A DNA stretch of 64,000 nucleotides from Octopus bimaculoides (lineage: Eukaryota), in NCBI RefSeq assembly GCF_001194135.2, contig NC_068998.1, positions 22,976,915 through 23,040,914 of the forward strand, in the 5' to 3' direction. Position numbers and translations under genes: made by a program. The stretch's first letter is position 1. Each line of letters opens with the position of its first letter. The notes below the pieces were generated by a model. It worked only from the letters and a program-made list of their open reading frames with translations, did no database searches and was not told the origin of the DNA. This document shows positions 24,971 to 38,989 of the stretch, one piece after another.

Positions 24971-25197
24971 TATAGGAGTTGCTGAAAAGTTTCTGGCTTT
25001 CGGTAAAAAAAAAAAAAGAAACAGGAGGATCAGTTAACTATGATCTCATTCAAAATAATCCCCACTGAGATTCGCATGCTTATTGCAGCTGGCCTTTCAG
25101 TCTTTCTAAGCCCAGTTAAAGAACTAGGAACGTTGGGCCTTCAAACAGGACTTTCCAAACATCCTTAAATTCAAGAACATTTCAGCATCCCCTCGTA
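24971..25197 (-). mobile_element. internally deleted mariner derivative (MITE-like, 227 bp)
   Basis: Imperfect TIRs tataggagttgctgaaaagttt and aacatttcagcatcccctcgta. The minus strand retains a transposase C-terminus ...KASCNKHANLSGDYFE*. Confidence 0.7.
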
Positions 25198-25211
25198 TGA
25201 ACACACATATA

Positions 25212-25345
25212 CCAGTGGGTTTGCAGAATTTTTTGGGGCCGGGTAAAAAGTTCAGCGGCATTTCGTCTCTCTTTATGTTCTGCGTTCAAGTTTCGCTTGT
25301 CATCCTTTAGGAGTCGATAAAATAAGTACTGGTTGAGTATTGAGA
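25212..25345 (+). mobile_element. diverged SINE family A copy
   Basis: gcggcatttcgtctctctttatgttctgcgttcaag...tcatcctttaggagtcgataaaataagtactggttgag matches the reverse complement of the 52.0-52.2 kb copy. Confidence 0.65.
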
Positions 25346-26022
25346 TCAATGTAAGCACATTAATGCCTACTGTGTAATATTATTTTTCTAACTATGCAGA
25401 GTAGTTTATACTATAAAGGTTAGATTCGATAAAATTATACTCTTTCGAAAGAAGTTCAGACCGTACCAATATCAGATATTGCGTACTGTATAAATACAAA
25501 CTAGGCTCTTCAACAATCGAAGCGTTAATAAACATGCATTATGTATGTGGTAATGAAGTTATAAATATCGTTGCAGACCTAAGCCATCTAACCAGTTTCA
25601 CCCAGGAAATGTTTCTTTTGTAGATAACATCCAATGTGGACAACGAAGTACACTCCAAACCGAGAATCTGAAAACGGGATTAATTCTAGCCACATTTGAT
25701 GATTAAAAACCTTGATTTATTAGAAAAGTATTTAAACCAAGTCAATGTGTCCCTCCTTATCTGACTGCTGTAGAACTACAAGAAAGCGTTGTCCTTCGCA
25801 TATCATTGAAGAGCAAACATCCTACCTAATATTTCGTGTATAGAAGTATCACAGGATATGATATTTTGTCCTCTCTATTACTATCATTAATTTCCCACTT
25901 AATTAAGCTTTTATCGCAAAATAATAACCTAATTATGTGGTAAAGTCTGTACGATACATAGGAAAATATAGCCACTCATTTGTATCTCACTTATGGTATC
26001 AACACAAGTGTTTGTATGAGGG

Positions 26023-26055
<33 letters not shown>

Positions 26056-26067
26056 CTATATATCTAT

Positions 26068-26116
<49 letters not shown>

Positions 26117-26294
26117 NNNNNNNNNNNNNNNNNNNNNNNNNNNNNNNNNNNNNNNNNNNNNNNNNNNNNNNNNNNNNNNNNNNNNNNNNNNNNNNNNNNN
26201 NNNNNNNNNNNNNNNNNNNNNNNNNNNNNNNNNNNNNTATAATTCAATTTTGGGATCAGTAAATCTCGAGCAGCTTAAAAGCCATAAATAATGG

Positions 26295-26490
26295 TTTTAC
26301 ATTTTGGCAGAAGGACACCAGTTTCACGATAGGGTTAAATGTAATGTATCGACCAGTGCTTACTTGGCACTTAAATTATCAACTTCGACAGAATGACAAA
26401 AAAAATGTCGACCTGAACTGAGTTTGAACTTACAGTCTAGCTTTAAGCATTTTGCGAACGTATAACATTTCTACCAGATCACCACCTTAA
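26295..26490 (-). mobile_element. diverged SINE family A copy
   Basis: Colinear similarity to the 52.0-52.2 kb copy, ending ttctaccagatcaccacctt. Confidence 0.6.
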
Positions 26491-27564
26491 CATATTTATA
26501 AATGATAGCATGTAAATATTAGATTAAGAAATTGGTTCGGACAGAATATAGTAGAACATACCAGTGGATGTCATAAATTGTCTGCACTATGATTTAAGCT
26601 TTCTTAAGTTAGATAACTCTGCTTCAGTGCGTGTGTGCTAAATGTTGGCATTCTGGTGCTTACGTAACCGACGTTTGACCTTGATAACTCAAGTTTTCTT
26701 CCTTGTTACAAAGTAAATATTTCCAATCCGGTGGCTGATAAAACAGAAATCGAAAAAAGAACAAGAACTGATGATTCGATATCTCTGGTCTGAAGGGATG
26801 TGTAGGGTTGAAATTCACAGTAATATTTTTCTGTAAAATACGGGCATAGTAAGCGATCGTGTAGAAATGAGCATCAGTGGTTAGAGAATTTTAAATATTT
26901 CCAGGCAAAAATAAAGAAGTACGAGGAAGCAGGATGCCCATCAAGATCTGACACTGACATGCAGGATCAAAAAAATGGTGAGATGGTCTGGCGAACCGGT
27001 GAGATGTCACTGCTGGGGTTGCATATTGGATACATTTCTGTGTGACTGTTGTATGTATATCTGCATACGGGCGGATATCTGTATGTGGGAACGTATACAC
27101 GATGCACTTCTACACGTAAAATATTAGCCGTGTGATATAGCATTAAACTGAATATGGACAGCAGGCACTCAGTAATAAATATTGAAACGTGCCATTCGAC
27201 ACTCATATCTAGGTAAACATTTTCTCTTTTAAGATAAATTAATGCCAACAGAAAGAGCAGTTTTTAAGGAACAAGGTTGAAAGCAATATAAGGGCCAATA
27301 AACCTTCATTGATTCCTCTACCTTCACAAAGATCGAAAAGCAAATGAGATATTGATGTAATAGAACATAACGAAATAATGTCCCAGTAAGTACAGTTATA
27401 AAAATGTGAGTAATGTACTTCATAGAACAGAAACATTTAGAAGAAATACAACTCGATATGATATGTGAATGTTGTTTCGAAATTCGATTCGATGTATAGC
27501 ACTACTATATTTTTTCGATAATGATGAGTGCCAATGATAGTATAGTTAACTAAAACATACATGA

Positions 27565-27581
27565 TTCTTCTTCTTCTTCTT

Positions 27582-27669
<88 letters not shown>
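27565..27669. repeat. (TTC)15(TTA)20 microsatellite
   Basis: Direct sequence. Confidence 0.96.
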
Positions 27670-27670
<1 letters not shown>

Positions 27671-27712
27671 GATGGTGAGCTGGCAGAATTGTTAGCACGC
27701 TGAGCGAAGTGT
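27670..27712 (+). mobile_element. SINE family A head only (A-box region)
   Basis: agatggtgagctggcagaattgttagcacgctgagcgaa matches the 5' end of the 52.2 kb copy. Confidence 0.6.
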
Positions 27713-28275
27713 CGCGCGTGGCATATGAAAACGCCAGTTCTTCCTACAAAGACATAATGAAAGATGTTTCCCCAATGAGTAGAAGAATAGTATGATCCTA
27801 CCACAGTTTTGCAACACACTAGTCAATTCGGAGGATCAAATCACAGTGAGTCATAGAGTAGCCCGGTGACATAAGTGAAACACATCTGGCATAGCACTAA
27901 GAAAACATTCAGAACATTAAACGTTAGATTTGTGTCTATTTCTAAGAAAAGAAACAATACACAGCTATCACTTGAAAGGGATTTATATATATTCTATGCT
28001 GCTATTAGTGTCATAAAAATACTTCTTTATCTCTTGGAAATACCCAATATTTAGAGATGACCTCGATAGAAACTTGTGAAAAAATGGACTGAATTTGAAT
28101 TTGTTTTGAATTAACGTAAGAGAACATGAGTGCAATAATACTAGAATTACATAACGCAATACGTGATTCAGATTTAAAGAATGGACTATGGACCCCATGT
28201 AAGAAAAAATATGTGCAACAGCTAAGGAGATCATGATCTACGTGTCAGAGATAAGCACATTTCACAAAGTCTCTC

Positions 28276-28334
<59 letters not shown>

Positions 28335-29305
28335 GTCCATAACAATTTTTATAAGCGATAGTATTAAAATGTTTCGAATCTTACTCCCTGCCAATCTTTA
28401 TATATTTATGTGAATATTACATCCGCATTGAGCGTAACATTCTTAAAATGAGTGCTGTTTTAGGTGAGTTATAAACAAGGGAATTTCTTCCAGGAATAGT
28501 ATCTTCATGTAATAAAGTGTGTAAATTAATATTTTTTTTCTGTTATGGTTTATTTTACCCAAGTGCATATTATTATGTAATTGTTTCCTGTGTAGGAATC
28601 AAACTGTGTAATAAGATGCTAGAGATAATAAATTCCCTACTTCTATTTCTTTCAAGTAGATTTTGAGAAATGCAGTTCATATATTTAATTTTTTTTGCAC
28701 ACCTAATTCGAATTTCTATGAGTAAAATACTCTACATTTTAATATACGTTTATGGATACCAACGATAATCTCTCATTCTTATGATGAGATTCAACATTTG
28801 GCTTTTGCACTTGTCAGAGTTATATTCCACTTTAATTCGATCACTTTCCGCCTCCATTCTCCTTCCTTCATCTATAGAAAAACCATTGCACAATGCAAAA
28901 TTGTCAGTCTTACTTTACTACATCCTTTTTTATCTGAATGACTAGTCATTATACTTCGTGTATTGTTAATTTCTTCTACTTCTCACTAACATATTGAATA
29001 AGTTCTTTAGCTTTATTGGAGACGTATTCAAGTACGTGGGACACTTTAACTTCAAGTTTTAAGCTATTTATGAAGTGGAAGAAGTAAATTAAGTTTGTCA
29101 TCGTCTACCCGAAGCATTTTATTAAATTATGCTTCATATTAGTAGGTGAACATTAGGAGACTGAGTGGTGGGGAGGATGGTGATGATGGTGGCGGTGACG
29201 ACGACTCTTCTGATAAGGGTATGTTGATAACATTCTTATCGAGATATCTGTGATGGTGAAACATACATACATGCATACATACATACAGACATACATACAT
29301 TCATG

Positions 29306-29340
<35 letters not shown>

Positions 29341-29414
29341 ACATACATATATATATATATTGACTGAACACTATTCAATTTTTTTTCTCCGTGTTTTTCT
29401 CCTTGTCTCCGTAT

Positions 29415-29451
29415 TCTTTCTGTTGAAGAGCGTTGCTCGAAACGTCAAAGA
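29415..29451 (+). ncRNA. minimal type-I hammerhead-ribozyme-like motif with A6U core variant, in a Penelope pLTR-like repeat
   Basis: UCUUU|CUGUUGA|A|GAGC-GUU-GCUC|GAA|AC-GU|C|AAAGA. Stem I has 5 bp, stem II has 4 bp, stem III is the palindrome ACGU, and a GUC cleavage triplet is present. Confidence 0.6.
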
Positions 29452-29539
29452 CTTTCCGTATTCCCGAGCGTCAAACTAATATATACTTTTGTTATTTACA
29501 CCACCTGTCCTCGCCTGTTGTTATTATTTGTATATTCTC

Positions 29540-29578
<39 letters not shown>

Positions 29579-30526
29579 CCCATATAAACGTATATATGTG
29601 CATATATATTCATATATGCACATATATAACTGTGTGTAACTGTATGCATCTTTCCATGTTTCTGATTCATGGCTTAACATTAATAGATTGCATGTATATC
29701 TTTCCAGTTGTCCCATAAGTAAATGCTCTGAGCAGTCTTTATAGAAACAACTTGATATGTTATTAATTAAGTACATAAATGAATATTAAACTGACTCTAT
29801 GTAGTTTTACTTTTTAACGTTTATAATTGATATATACACTCCTTCTATCTAATTGGGTTATGATAATTTTTGAAATGCTTTTCAAATTTTATTTTATACA
29901 ACATAACGATATTGTTTATAAGCAATTACCCATAGTGTCCCTAAATAAAATTTCCTTCGTATTAACATCTTTGGTTTCTTAGCGTTTTGCTCCTTTGGTA
30001 ATTAAGATCATGATTTAAAGTCTATCCCTACCCTGCCTCTTTTTATAGACAGTTACTTATGTCCAACTGACTGCTCCTAATATCTTATTTCTTCGCTTGA
30101 GAAAACGGATGCATATGATAATATTTATGATCATATCTAGCCATGAGCTGCCAACTCACACTTGTATTTTATTCAAAATACACACAGTCTTCTAGTCTTA
30201 GAATTAGTAGTTGATACAGAGATAAATGAATTAGAAATGAATTAGAATCACTTACAAGCTTATGGCCCCACTATCCTCCATGCGATTCTCAGAAGTGTAG
30301 TCTACTCGTAGCTACAATACTGACAACATGAATTTCTTCCATCTTCTTCCTCTGTGAAAATATTTGCTGAAATATTTTACAAATAGTATATTAATGTGTC
30401 CTAGTTTTTTTTAACATTCTATTTATTTATTTGTACTGGTAAATATGCCTTTGCATTTAAAATGATATAATGATTACATCGTTCAATTGAAACAGTCGTA
30501 TTGTATCCCTAATTGATGTCCTGCTG

Positions 30527-30630
<104 letters not shown>

Positions 30631-30929
30631 CAGTAGCGCACAGCTTGTCGTCCAGCATATGCATTATTATGGAGAGACTAGGACTTCTTTGCAAATTAGT
30701 TTAAAATGGAGTAATATTAGAAATGACACGGGAGAATTACTGTTATATTGTCATCACTTAAAATATTTTTGTATGTATTGGATCATTGTTTACATTGATT
30801 GACATTGCTTTTCAAAAGTGGGTACCATACGTATATTCTAGACTATTTTATACATGCCAAATCATTTTCTTTGAAAATGAATACAATACATCTAAAATGA
30901 GATAAATTTCATTTATGATAATTTCATAA

Positions 30930-30937
30930 TCTATCTG

Positions 30938-30976
<39 letters not shown>

Positions 30977-31066
30977 GTGTATCTATCTATCTATCTATCT
31001 GTCTGTCTTTCTGTCTGTCTGTCTGTCTGTCTGCGTTTCTGTATGTTTGTCTGTCTATCTATCTGT
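30930..31066. repeat. (TCTA)n/(TCTG)n tetranucleotide microsatellite
   Basis: Direct sequence. Confidence 0.92.
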
Positions 31067-33639
31067 CATTAGCTCCTTTTCTTTCCATAAACTATTCAAA
31101 GACATTCTAATATGCTTTCTGGATTATATATGATGAAGCAATTTTCAGTAGTACATCTATCTAACAGTGCGTTTTACCTACAGAACCAACGATGGCATGA
31201 TTTGCTTATATCATATACTGCACTAAATTTTAATACAATATTCATATGCTGCGGCAAAAATATCTAACCACGCGTTTATACCAAACGTAATAATAAATAA
31301 ATAATTAGTTGTGTCGGCGAAGACAGTTGACGCCTGTTGACAAAGTTATTTTCAGAAGGAATGAAATTTAACACAACTTAAATATGTGGTTTTCTTCATG
31401 ATTTAACACGTAATAAGATGTTCTAAACAGACAGAAAAGATGGCATTCATGTGGACATGTTACTGTTGCATCAGGCGATTTGGTTCCCATTAATTCTGGT
31501 AATACTTTTTAGTGTAACGATGTCTTACATTCGCAAGATAGAACAAAGTTGAATTTCATAATTTGAGATTCTATTCTGATTTTAGTGAACAGAATCCTAA
31601 TGTGCCGAGCATAATGCTTAGTTAGTTGTAAGAATGAAGAAAGTGTAAATACTGTCAAGCATTACCTAATTTCTGTATTGTTTCAACAAAACAGCCCGTT
31701 AATAATATTGAAGTTTCTTTTGAGGTAAAATTATGGAATATTGGAGTGCTGTAGGCTACCCAACGACGTTGTACAGCTGCCAGATAGTAAATAGATGGGA
31801 TTTAAAGTAAATTATGTTAGACTCTATTACGTCCATTCATTTTATAAACCACAGTTGGACGATATGACAAGTCGTATATACAGCATTACATTTCTTCCCA
31901 GATAAATTTTGCGTAGCTATATTTTATGTTCACATTCATTACATAACTTGTATAAGTGATTACACTATAACGTGCTTTCTATTTCCTATTTCTTATGAAT
32001 ACTGTTTCTTGCACTTTTATCTCTATTGTTATATCACCACAGGCTAATTCGTCAGCCACTTAGCATTTGTACGATGGGTAAGATGCGAATGTTCAACATG
32101 TTATTAGCTACAGATTCATAATTATAGTGTCTGATGAAATGAACATGTTTTAATAATACATGGCATACATATCTCATGAATTCTAGTTAGATTTACCATT
32201 GGAAATCTAAACTAAATTATCCTCTATTATATTGATCGGTATGGTAATTATTGTATTAAGTACTGATCAATATATAACAACGAAACCCTCCGAGGCAATT
32301 GAATTCAGATGATAGTGTGATGGAAAGAAATATTGAAAATAATTCAGTATAATACTCTTAAAACATGTTTCCCTCTGCTGTCTGTCATATATCACTGAGT
32401 CTGAAATCAAGTGAATATTTATCATAAAGTCATTTTCATTGTAACGACTTCGAATAACGTTACAAATATTAAATATATTTCGATGGAATAAGAAATAATG
32501 ATTCGCAGCTTTCTAGACATTCTCAGAGAAAAGTAAAAGCGGACAAAAGATAACACCAAAGTTTGCAATAAACATTGACTATCACTTCATACTTTAGAAA
32601 ATGTATTGAAAAATGGGCAAAATACACACAAGGTCAATGATCAACGTCTTCTCCCGCTTTGCAAGAAAGATTTCTGTTCATTCTTTTCAGCAATGTTATT
32701 TATAACGTAATAGTAAATGTCATATAAAGCAATATATTCCTATCCATTGTGGATGACGATATCCTCAAAACTTCAATGCATAAATATATCTTATATTGAT
32801 ATGCATTCCTTATTTTTCTTTTTGTTTCTAGCAGTAATTTCAGCATCTAGTATAAAGAGGAAAAAACAGTCATACATACATACCGCGCTCACACACGCGT
32901 ACAAGTCCACACACACACGCGCACACGCGCAAACACACACGCTCACGCACAGACACATAGACACTCACACACAGACGCATCTACAGGCACACACATATAC
33001 ACGCACGCTTTATCATTCAGGAAAGTAGCTTCAATTTTCAATTTATTGCTGCCTTTATTTCATTTCTGAGTGCGATTCTTAGTATTTCATTGCTGCAACT
33101 AAATCGTCACGATTAGTTATTATTTATTCTCGCGCATTCAAAATAATTGTAAAATAACAATCTGATTAATTTTATAACTAAAATACAGGAAAATTACAAA
33201 AATAAAACAAGTATAACAAGGCTTAATAACCGTAAAGTAATAAAGAAAAACAAGTTTAATTAAAGAAATGCTATCATAAATACAATATGTGATATCATTT
33301 TAAAAATGAATTCAGATGTAATAAAGACACATAAACAGTCAAACTTCTGATTTTTAATCCAAAGTTAGTGATTACATGTTCAAATAATTTAGAATGTTTT
33401 GTTGGTTAATCGAACAGAACATACGGAGTGTATTTTCTTTTCTCAGGAAAATCGGTATGTGATTTTCTTTATTTGGATCATTGTTAGAGTAAATCAAACC
33501 CGACATTGTTTAGCATTTTCCGAATAGAATGTATATACGCGGTAGTGCCGCTCTCATACGTGTTAACCGTGGAAACTACAATGTACTACTAAAAGTTTAA
33601 AGGTGTAATTATGATTGATAAAAAATAAAATATTTGCCT

Positions 33640-33940
33640 AAGTTTTCACGTCATCGGCTTCAAAATAGTCACCTTGCGCAGCAAAACAGTGGTCCCAGCA
33701 TTCATGCTACAGTTAGATTCCATCCTGGGAGTCGCTTTCCGTAAGAAAGCTGCGGACCTTCTGTAATTCGGTCTTCATCTCGATAATGGCGTTAGAACAG
33801 CAACATTTGAGCTGTATTTTTTATCTTGGGGACGTGCTAGAAGTCAACAGGGGCTAAATCTGGAAAATAGGGCAGGTGTACAAACGATACCATGTTTTTG
33901 GTGACAAAATCACAAGTGTGATTTTTTTCCTGAGGTTACA
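33640..33940 (-). mobile_element. mariner transposase C-terminal relic (second family)
   Basis: The minus strand reads VTKNMVSFVHLPYFPDLAPVDF*HVPKIK...IEMKTELQKV...ECWDHCFAAQGDYFEADDVK, matching HPPYSPDLAPCDF...RWxxCIxxQGDYFEG. The upstream part is lost at the gap. Confidence 0.8.
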
Positions 33941-34757
33941 TACGTATGGGCATATCGTGTAAAAAATATATACACACACACACACANNNNNNNNNNNNNN
34001 NNNNNNNNNNNNNNNNNNNNNNNNNNNNNNNNNNNNNNNNNNNNNNNNNNNNNNNNNNNNNNNNNNNNNNNNNNNNNNNNNNNNNNNNNNNNNNNNNNNN
34101 NNNNNNNNNNNNNNNNNNNNNNNNNNNNNNNNNNNNNNNNNNNNNNNNNNNNNNNNNNNNNNNNNNNNNNNNNNNNNNNNNNNNNNNNNNNNNNNNNNNN
34201 NNNNNNNNNNNNNNNNNNNNNNNNNNNNNNNNNNNNNNNNNNNNNNNNNNNNNNNNNNNNNNNNNNNNNNNNNNNNNNNNNNNNNNNNNNNNNNNNNNNN
34301 NNNNNNNNNNNNNNNNNNNNNNNNNNNNNNNNNNNNNNNNNNNNNNNNNNNNNNNNNNNNNNNNNNNNNNNNNNNNNNNNNNNNNNNNNNNNNNNNNNNN
34401 NNNNNNNNNNNNNNNNNNNNNNNNNNNNNNNNNNNNNNNNNNNNNNNNNNNNNNNNNNNNNNNNNNNNNNNNNNNNNNNNNNNNNNNNNNNNNNNNNNNN
34501 NNNNNNNNNNNNNNNNNNNNNNNNNNNNNNNNNNNNNNNNNNNNNNNNNNNNNNNNNNNNNNNNNNNNNNNNNNNNNNNNNNNNNNNNNNNNNNNNNNNN
34601 NNNNNNNNNNNNNNNNNNNNNNNNNNNNNNNNNNNNNNNNNNNNNNNNNNNNNNNNNNNNNNNNNNNNNNNNNNNNNNNNNNNNNNNNNNNNNNNNNNNN
34701 NNNNNNNNNNNNNNNNNNNNNNNNNNNNNNNNNNNNNNNNNNNNNNNNNNNNNNNNN

Positions 34758-34788
<31 letters not shown>

Positions 34789-34793
34789 TTATA

Positions 34794-34891
<98 letters not shown>

Positions 34892-35001
34892 GGAGGCGGG
34901 GAGACGAAAATTCTTACCGGCCGTATTCAGCGAAAACGCCGGATGAATTGTAGCATTTGTGAATCTTTTCAAAGCCGTGTGATTGTCGCCAGCTCAATGC
35001 T

Positions 35002-35045
35002 CTGACGAGATGTCGATGCATCCGATACACGAATCAGTGAATAAA
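35002..35045 (+). ncRNA. decayed hammerhead-like motif followed by AATAAA
   Basis: CTGACGA-GATG(tcgatg)CATC-c-GATAC-acgaa-TC. The core heptamer and stem II are intact, GAAAC reads GATAC, and stem III is broken. Confidence 0.3.
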
Positions 35046-36723
35046 ACTTACACTGAATATAACTGTCCCCTGATGTTGGAATTGCAATGACTCTTACTTT
35101 TGTGTGTGTTTCGGTACGCAATAATTTTGGTAAATTCTTCTTTCTTAGAATACGGTATTTTAATATCTGATATGACGACTTAATTATTCAAACAGATTTA
35201 CAGTGATTGTGTTACAGTTAGAGACTATTAGATTATAGCACATTTTTGCTAGTGGATTTCTTTTCAAAACATGCACAATCATACTTCAACATGGCACGGT
35301 AACCAATTCAGTATGATCTAATTCCTGACACTATATAAAACATCATTTTAATTGTAACACTTGTCTAATACAATTACTTTGAGGGATTTCTTCACTATGG
35401 TTGAGCAGGGTGATCCCAAACAAGGAATCAAGACGCATAGGTTAGAAAACAGCAATAATTATATTTCCATTTGAACTCAGAACACGAGATGTGCCTTTCA
35501 ACATGGAGCTTATATTGCACATAAAAAGCTTAAATCCGTGAATTTTATTCTAATTCAATCCTATCTATACAATGACTATCTTTATAAAAAATATATATGT
35601 TCTTTGAATAGTTCCGCCTTAATGTAATTAAATTATGAATATATGAATGAGAAATGAAGTAATGGCTAAAAGAAGCGCAATATTAATTAAAATCCTCCTT
35701 ACTAAATTAATCAGTTCACGATCATACACTATATCAATGTATTCCTAAGTTGTGTTTTCTCCTATAATGCTGCCTTAAGGATAAAATTAATACAGAAAAC
35801 TATTATCCTAAACTAATACAGAAATCAAATGAAAATGGTCATATATATGACGATGTAAAATTATCAGTCCTTTGATCACATCGTTAATTAAATTATAAAC
35901 AAATTGAGTTATTCATTCAACAATCTAGAACTATAATTAATTTTGTAGATCATATATTCATAAATTCATGAAATTCAGTGGCTTCTGCGCAATCCACAGA
36001 CTATTTGTGTAGATTATACAGAATATAAAATATTTCTTGAACATTTTCCATAAGTTTGAATTTATATGTAGACATAAACTCCCACATAATCATGAACGTA
36101 TACAAACAAACACACACATATGCACACAAACACATACACACAGATGCACACACACACGTACAAACACTCACATATTAAAGCACACAAGCACGTAAGCACA
36201 CACACATATTAAACAAAAAGAATGCTTTGCAAACGCCTCTGTAAGCGGGGTCTTTTTCATTTCTTTGTAAGCGTGTTTGTATGTCTGAACATGTGTATAT
36301 GTATCTGTATCAAGTGATGTATGCCAGTTTTAATGCATGACACGAAGGTTTTTAATGTATACGTTTGAAGTCTTAATTGTGGGCGTAATAGAACACGTGC
36401 AAATGTTGTTTCATGACTCATCCTTTTTACCATTAATGAATAACATTATTTTAAAACTATTATTGACCATTACAAAGCAATATATAGCATTCCTTAGGCA
36501 TTTTTTGCTAGAATTTTGTTTTGAAAATTTATAGCACGCTGTTTTATAATACATAAAATGAAAGCATGTGGAGCATCTTTCGATTTACATAAATAATCTA
36601 AATATTTTCATTCTATCTATCAATCTATCTATCTAGATAGATAGATATATAGATATATAGATAGATAGATAGATAAATATGTACGTACATAGATACATAC
36701 AAAAGTGTGTATATATATACACC

Positions 36724-36754
<31 letters not shown>

Positions 36755-37300
36755 ATATATATACATATATATACATACACACAGACACACACACACACAC
36801 ACACACNNNNNNNNNNNNNNNNNNNNNNNNNNNNNNNNNNNNNNNNNNNNNNNNNNNNNNNNNNNNNNNNNNNNNNNNNNNNNNNNNNNNNNNNNNNNNN
36901 NNNNNNNNNNNNNNNNNNNNNNNNNNNNNNNNNNNNNNNNNNNNNNNNNNNNNNNNNNNNNNNNNNNNNNNNNNNNNNNNNNNNNNNNNNNNNNNNNNNN
37001 NNNNNNNNNNNNNNNNNNNNNNNNNNNNNNNNNNNNNNNNNNNNNNNNNNNNNNNNNNNNNNNNNNNNNNNNNNNNNNNNNNNNNNNNNNNNNNNNNNNN
37101 NNNNNNNNNNNNNNNNNNNNNNNNNNNTATATATATATAGATATATGTATGTATAGGAAGAGAGAATAGATACAAAGACACACACGCACACACACACATA
37201 TGCAAACCGAAAATGAAAGACACATTAAAACCTAAGTCAAAAGGACGTACACCGTGAATGTGTCAGGTTGACGCTCAGTTTAAGTTGGAAAAGTGAGTTT

Positions 37301-37340
37301 GCGTCTGACGTCTCGAGCATGACTACTCTTCGTAAAATGC
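37301..37340 (-). ncRNA. decayed hammerhead-like motif, same architecture as 29415
   Basis: The minus strand reads tttacga-A-GAGT(agtcat)GCTC-GAGAC-GTC-agacgc, followed downstream by gagcgtcaa as in the 29.4 kb repeat. Confidence 0.35.
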
Positions 37341-37742
37341 AACGCGTAAAGGCTAGGATAGAATGAAAGGTAGTTCAGGAAAAGCACGTTTATCGTCAAA
37401 TAACTGAATATATTTGTGCGTATATATGTGTATATTAATCGTCTGTATGAAGTTTACAATGCGTATGCAACAGCCGTAATATTGCGTGTGCTATATACTT
37501 GAGAATGACGTCAATAAGGTTAATGTAAGATGGTCGTGTTCGAATATGGTTGCTTTTTCTTAGCGAAAAAAAACAACAACTTCAGACACACTGAGCTGGG
37601 ACAATATCTTCACTTCGATAATCAGCATGCAAAATCTTCAAAGATTTGAACGTAATATCGTGTGGAACGTACGCGCGTACACACACATACATACAGAAAC
37701 ACACATCCTCAGACACACATATACTAAAGGACACAAACATAC

Positions 37743-38059
37743 GCATGGCTTAGTGGTTACGTTGCTAAACTCGTGATCTAACGATTTTGAGTTCATACCC
37801 AGACCGGCGGGGAGGGGTGGGGGTTCTTGAGCAAAACACTTGATTTCACGCTGCTCTGTGATAAGTGCAAAACTTCACACGTAGCACATTCTGCACCTGT
37901 TCAGACAACATGAATTTGATGGAAGAAGTGAGCGTTGATGCAGCACGAACATTTGATCACTATAAAGAAATCATGTGTGCAAGTCGCTCGGAGGAGGCTG
38001 AACACTCGTACGTCATCTTTGACGGGAGAGTCCATCATCAACATCATCATCATCATCAT
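37743..38059 (+). mobile_element. tRNA-derived SINE (family C) with A/B boxes, CORE-like block and (CAT)n tail
   Basis: A box tggcttagtgg (37746), B box gagttcataccc (37789), ttcttgagcaaaacacttgatttc CORE-like segment, ends in catcatcat. Confidence 0.65.
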
Positions 38060-38989
38060 CAGTATCATATATATGTATAAAGATGCCCCGAAAATATATA
38101 CACCTGAAGATACATACATTTACACATAAGCATATATACACATATATTAATATACGTATATATATACATATTATGAGTGTGTCTCTTATTTTCTTTAGAT
38201 TCTGTGGTGTTTGCATTGTTTTTGGCGTCGGAAAATCTGACATTGATAGAACATTCGTAAGATGAGTGTCATTATAATTTGAGGTTTGATAATATACTTT
38301 GTAAGTCTTGCTGCAGTTCAACTCATTTTGGCGGATCCTCAATGGGATCGTCCTACCAAGGATAAGTAGTCATTTTTTCTTTCTAAATTTTAGTGTTTGA
38401 GATCAATCCGTTTGCTCTGATAAATGTGTATAAATTGACTGTTTAGCAACGTTTTGAACATTACATGGTGAATGGAAATCATGGGGAAATATTTATTATG
38501 AGCGGAAGTCAGTTTCCCAATTCATCATTGTATGCATTAGCCCATCGTGATTTCGTTGATAACAATGACTATCTAATCATGTTTGTTTAAGAATGTGTAA
38601 CAATTGGAAATATAGTTGATGTTGACATAAATATTTTCATAGAGTTATGGAATATACATTGAAAGACCGTTCTATCGTCACGAAGTTAATCATGTTTTGT
38701 TTTTTTTTGTAATTAATACTCCATTAACTTTATGAGAGAAAATCTATCATCGTGTATATATGACTGATAAACGATTGTGAACATGTGTTAATATCGAGAG
38801 TAATTCTTTTATGGTAAGAGGTGTTTAGTTGCAATGATATGCATAAACATCTTTCAATCTTCTAAATATCTCTAAAGACCATACAAATTCTATAAACAGC
38901 AGCAATGTAAATCTAGTCAAGTTTTCTTGTCAGTTTCTTTTATTGTTATAAAATAAATTAATATTTATATAACATCATTTTATTACACG

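Noticed and set aside
37743-37800. tRNA gene
   Set aside because: A/B boxes are present but there is no cloverleaf. It continues into a SINE body and tail, as do the other SINE heads.
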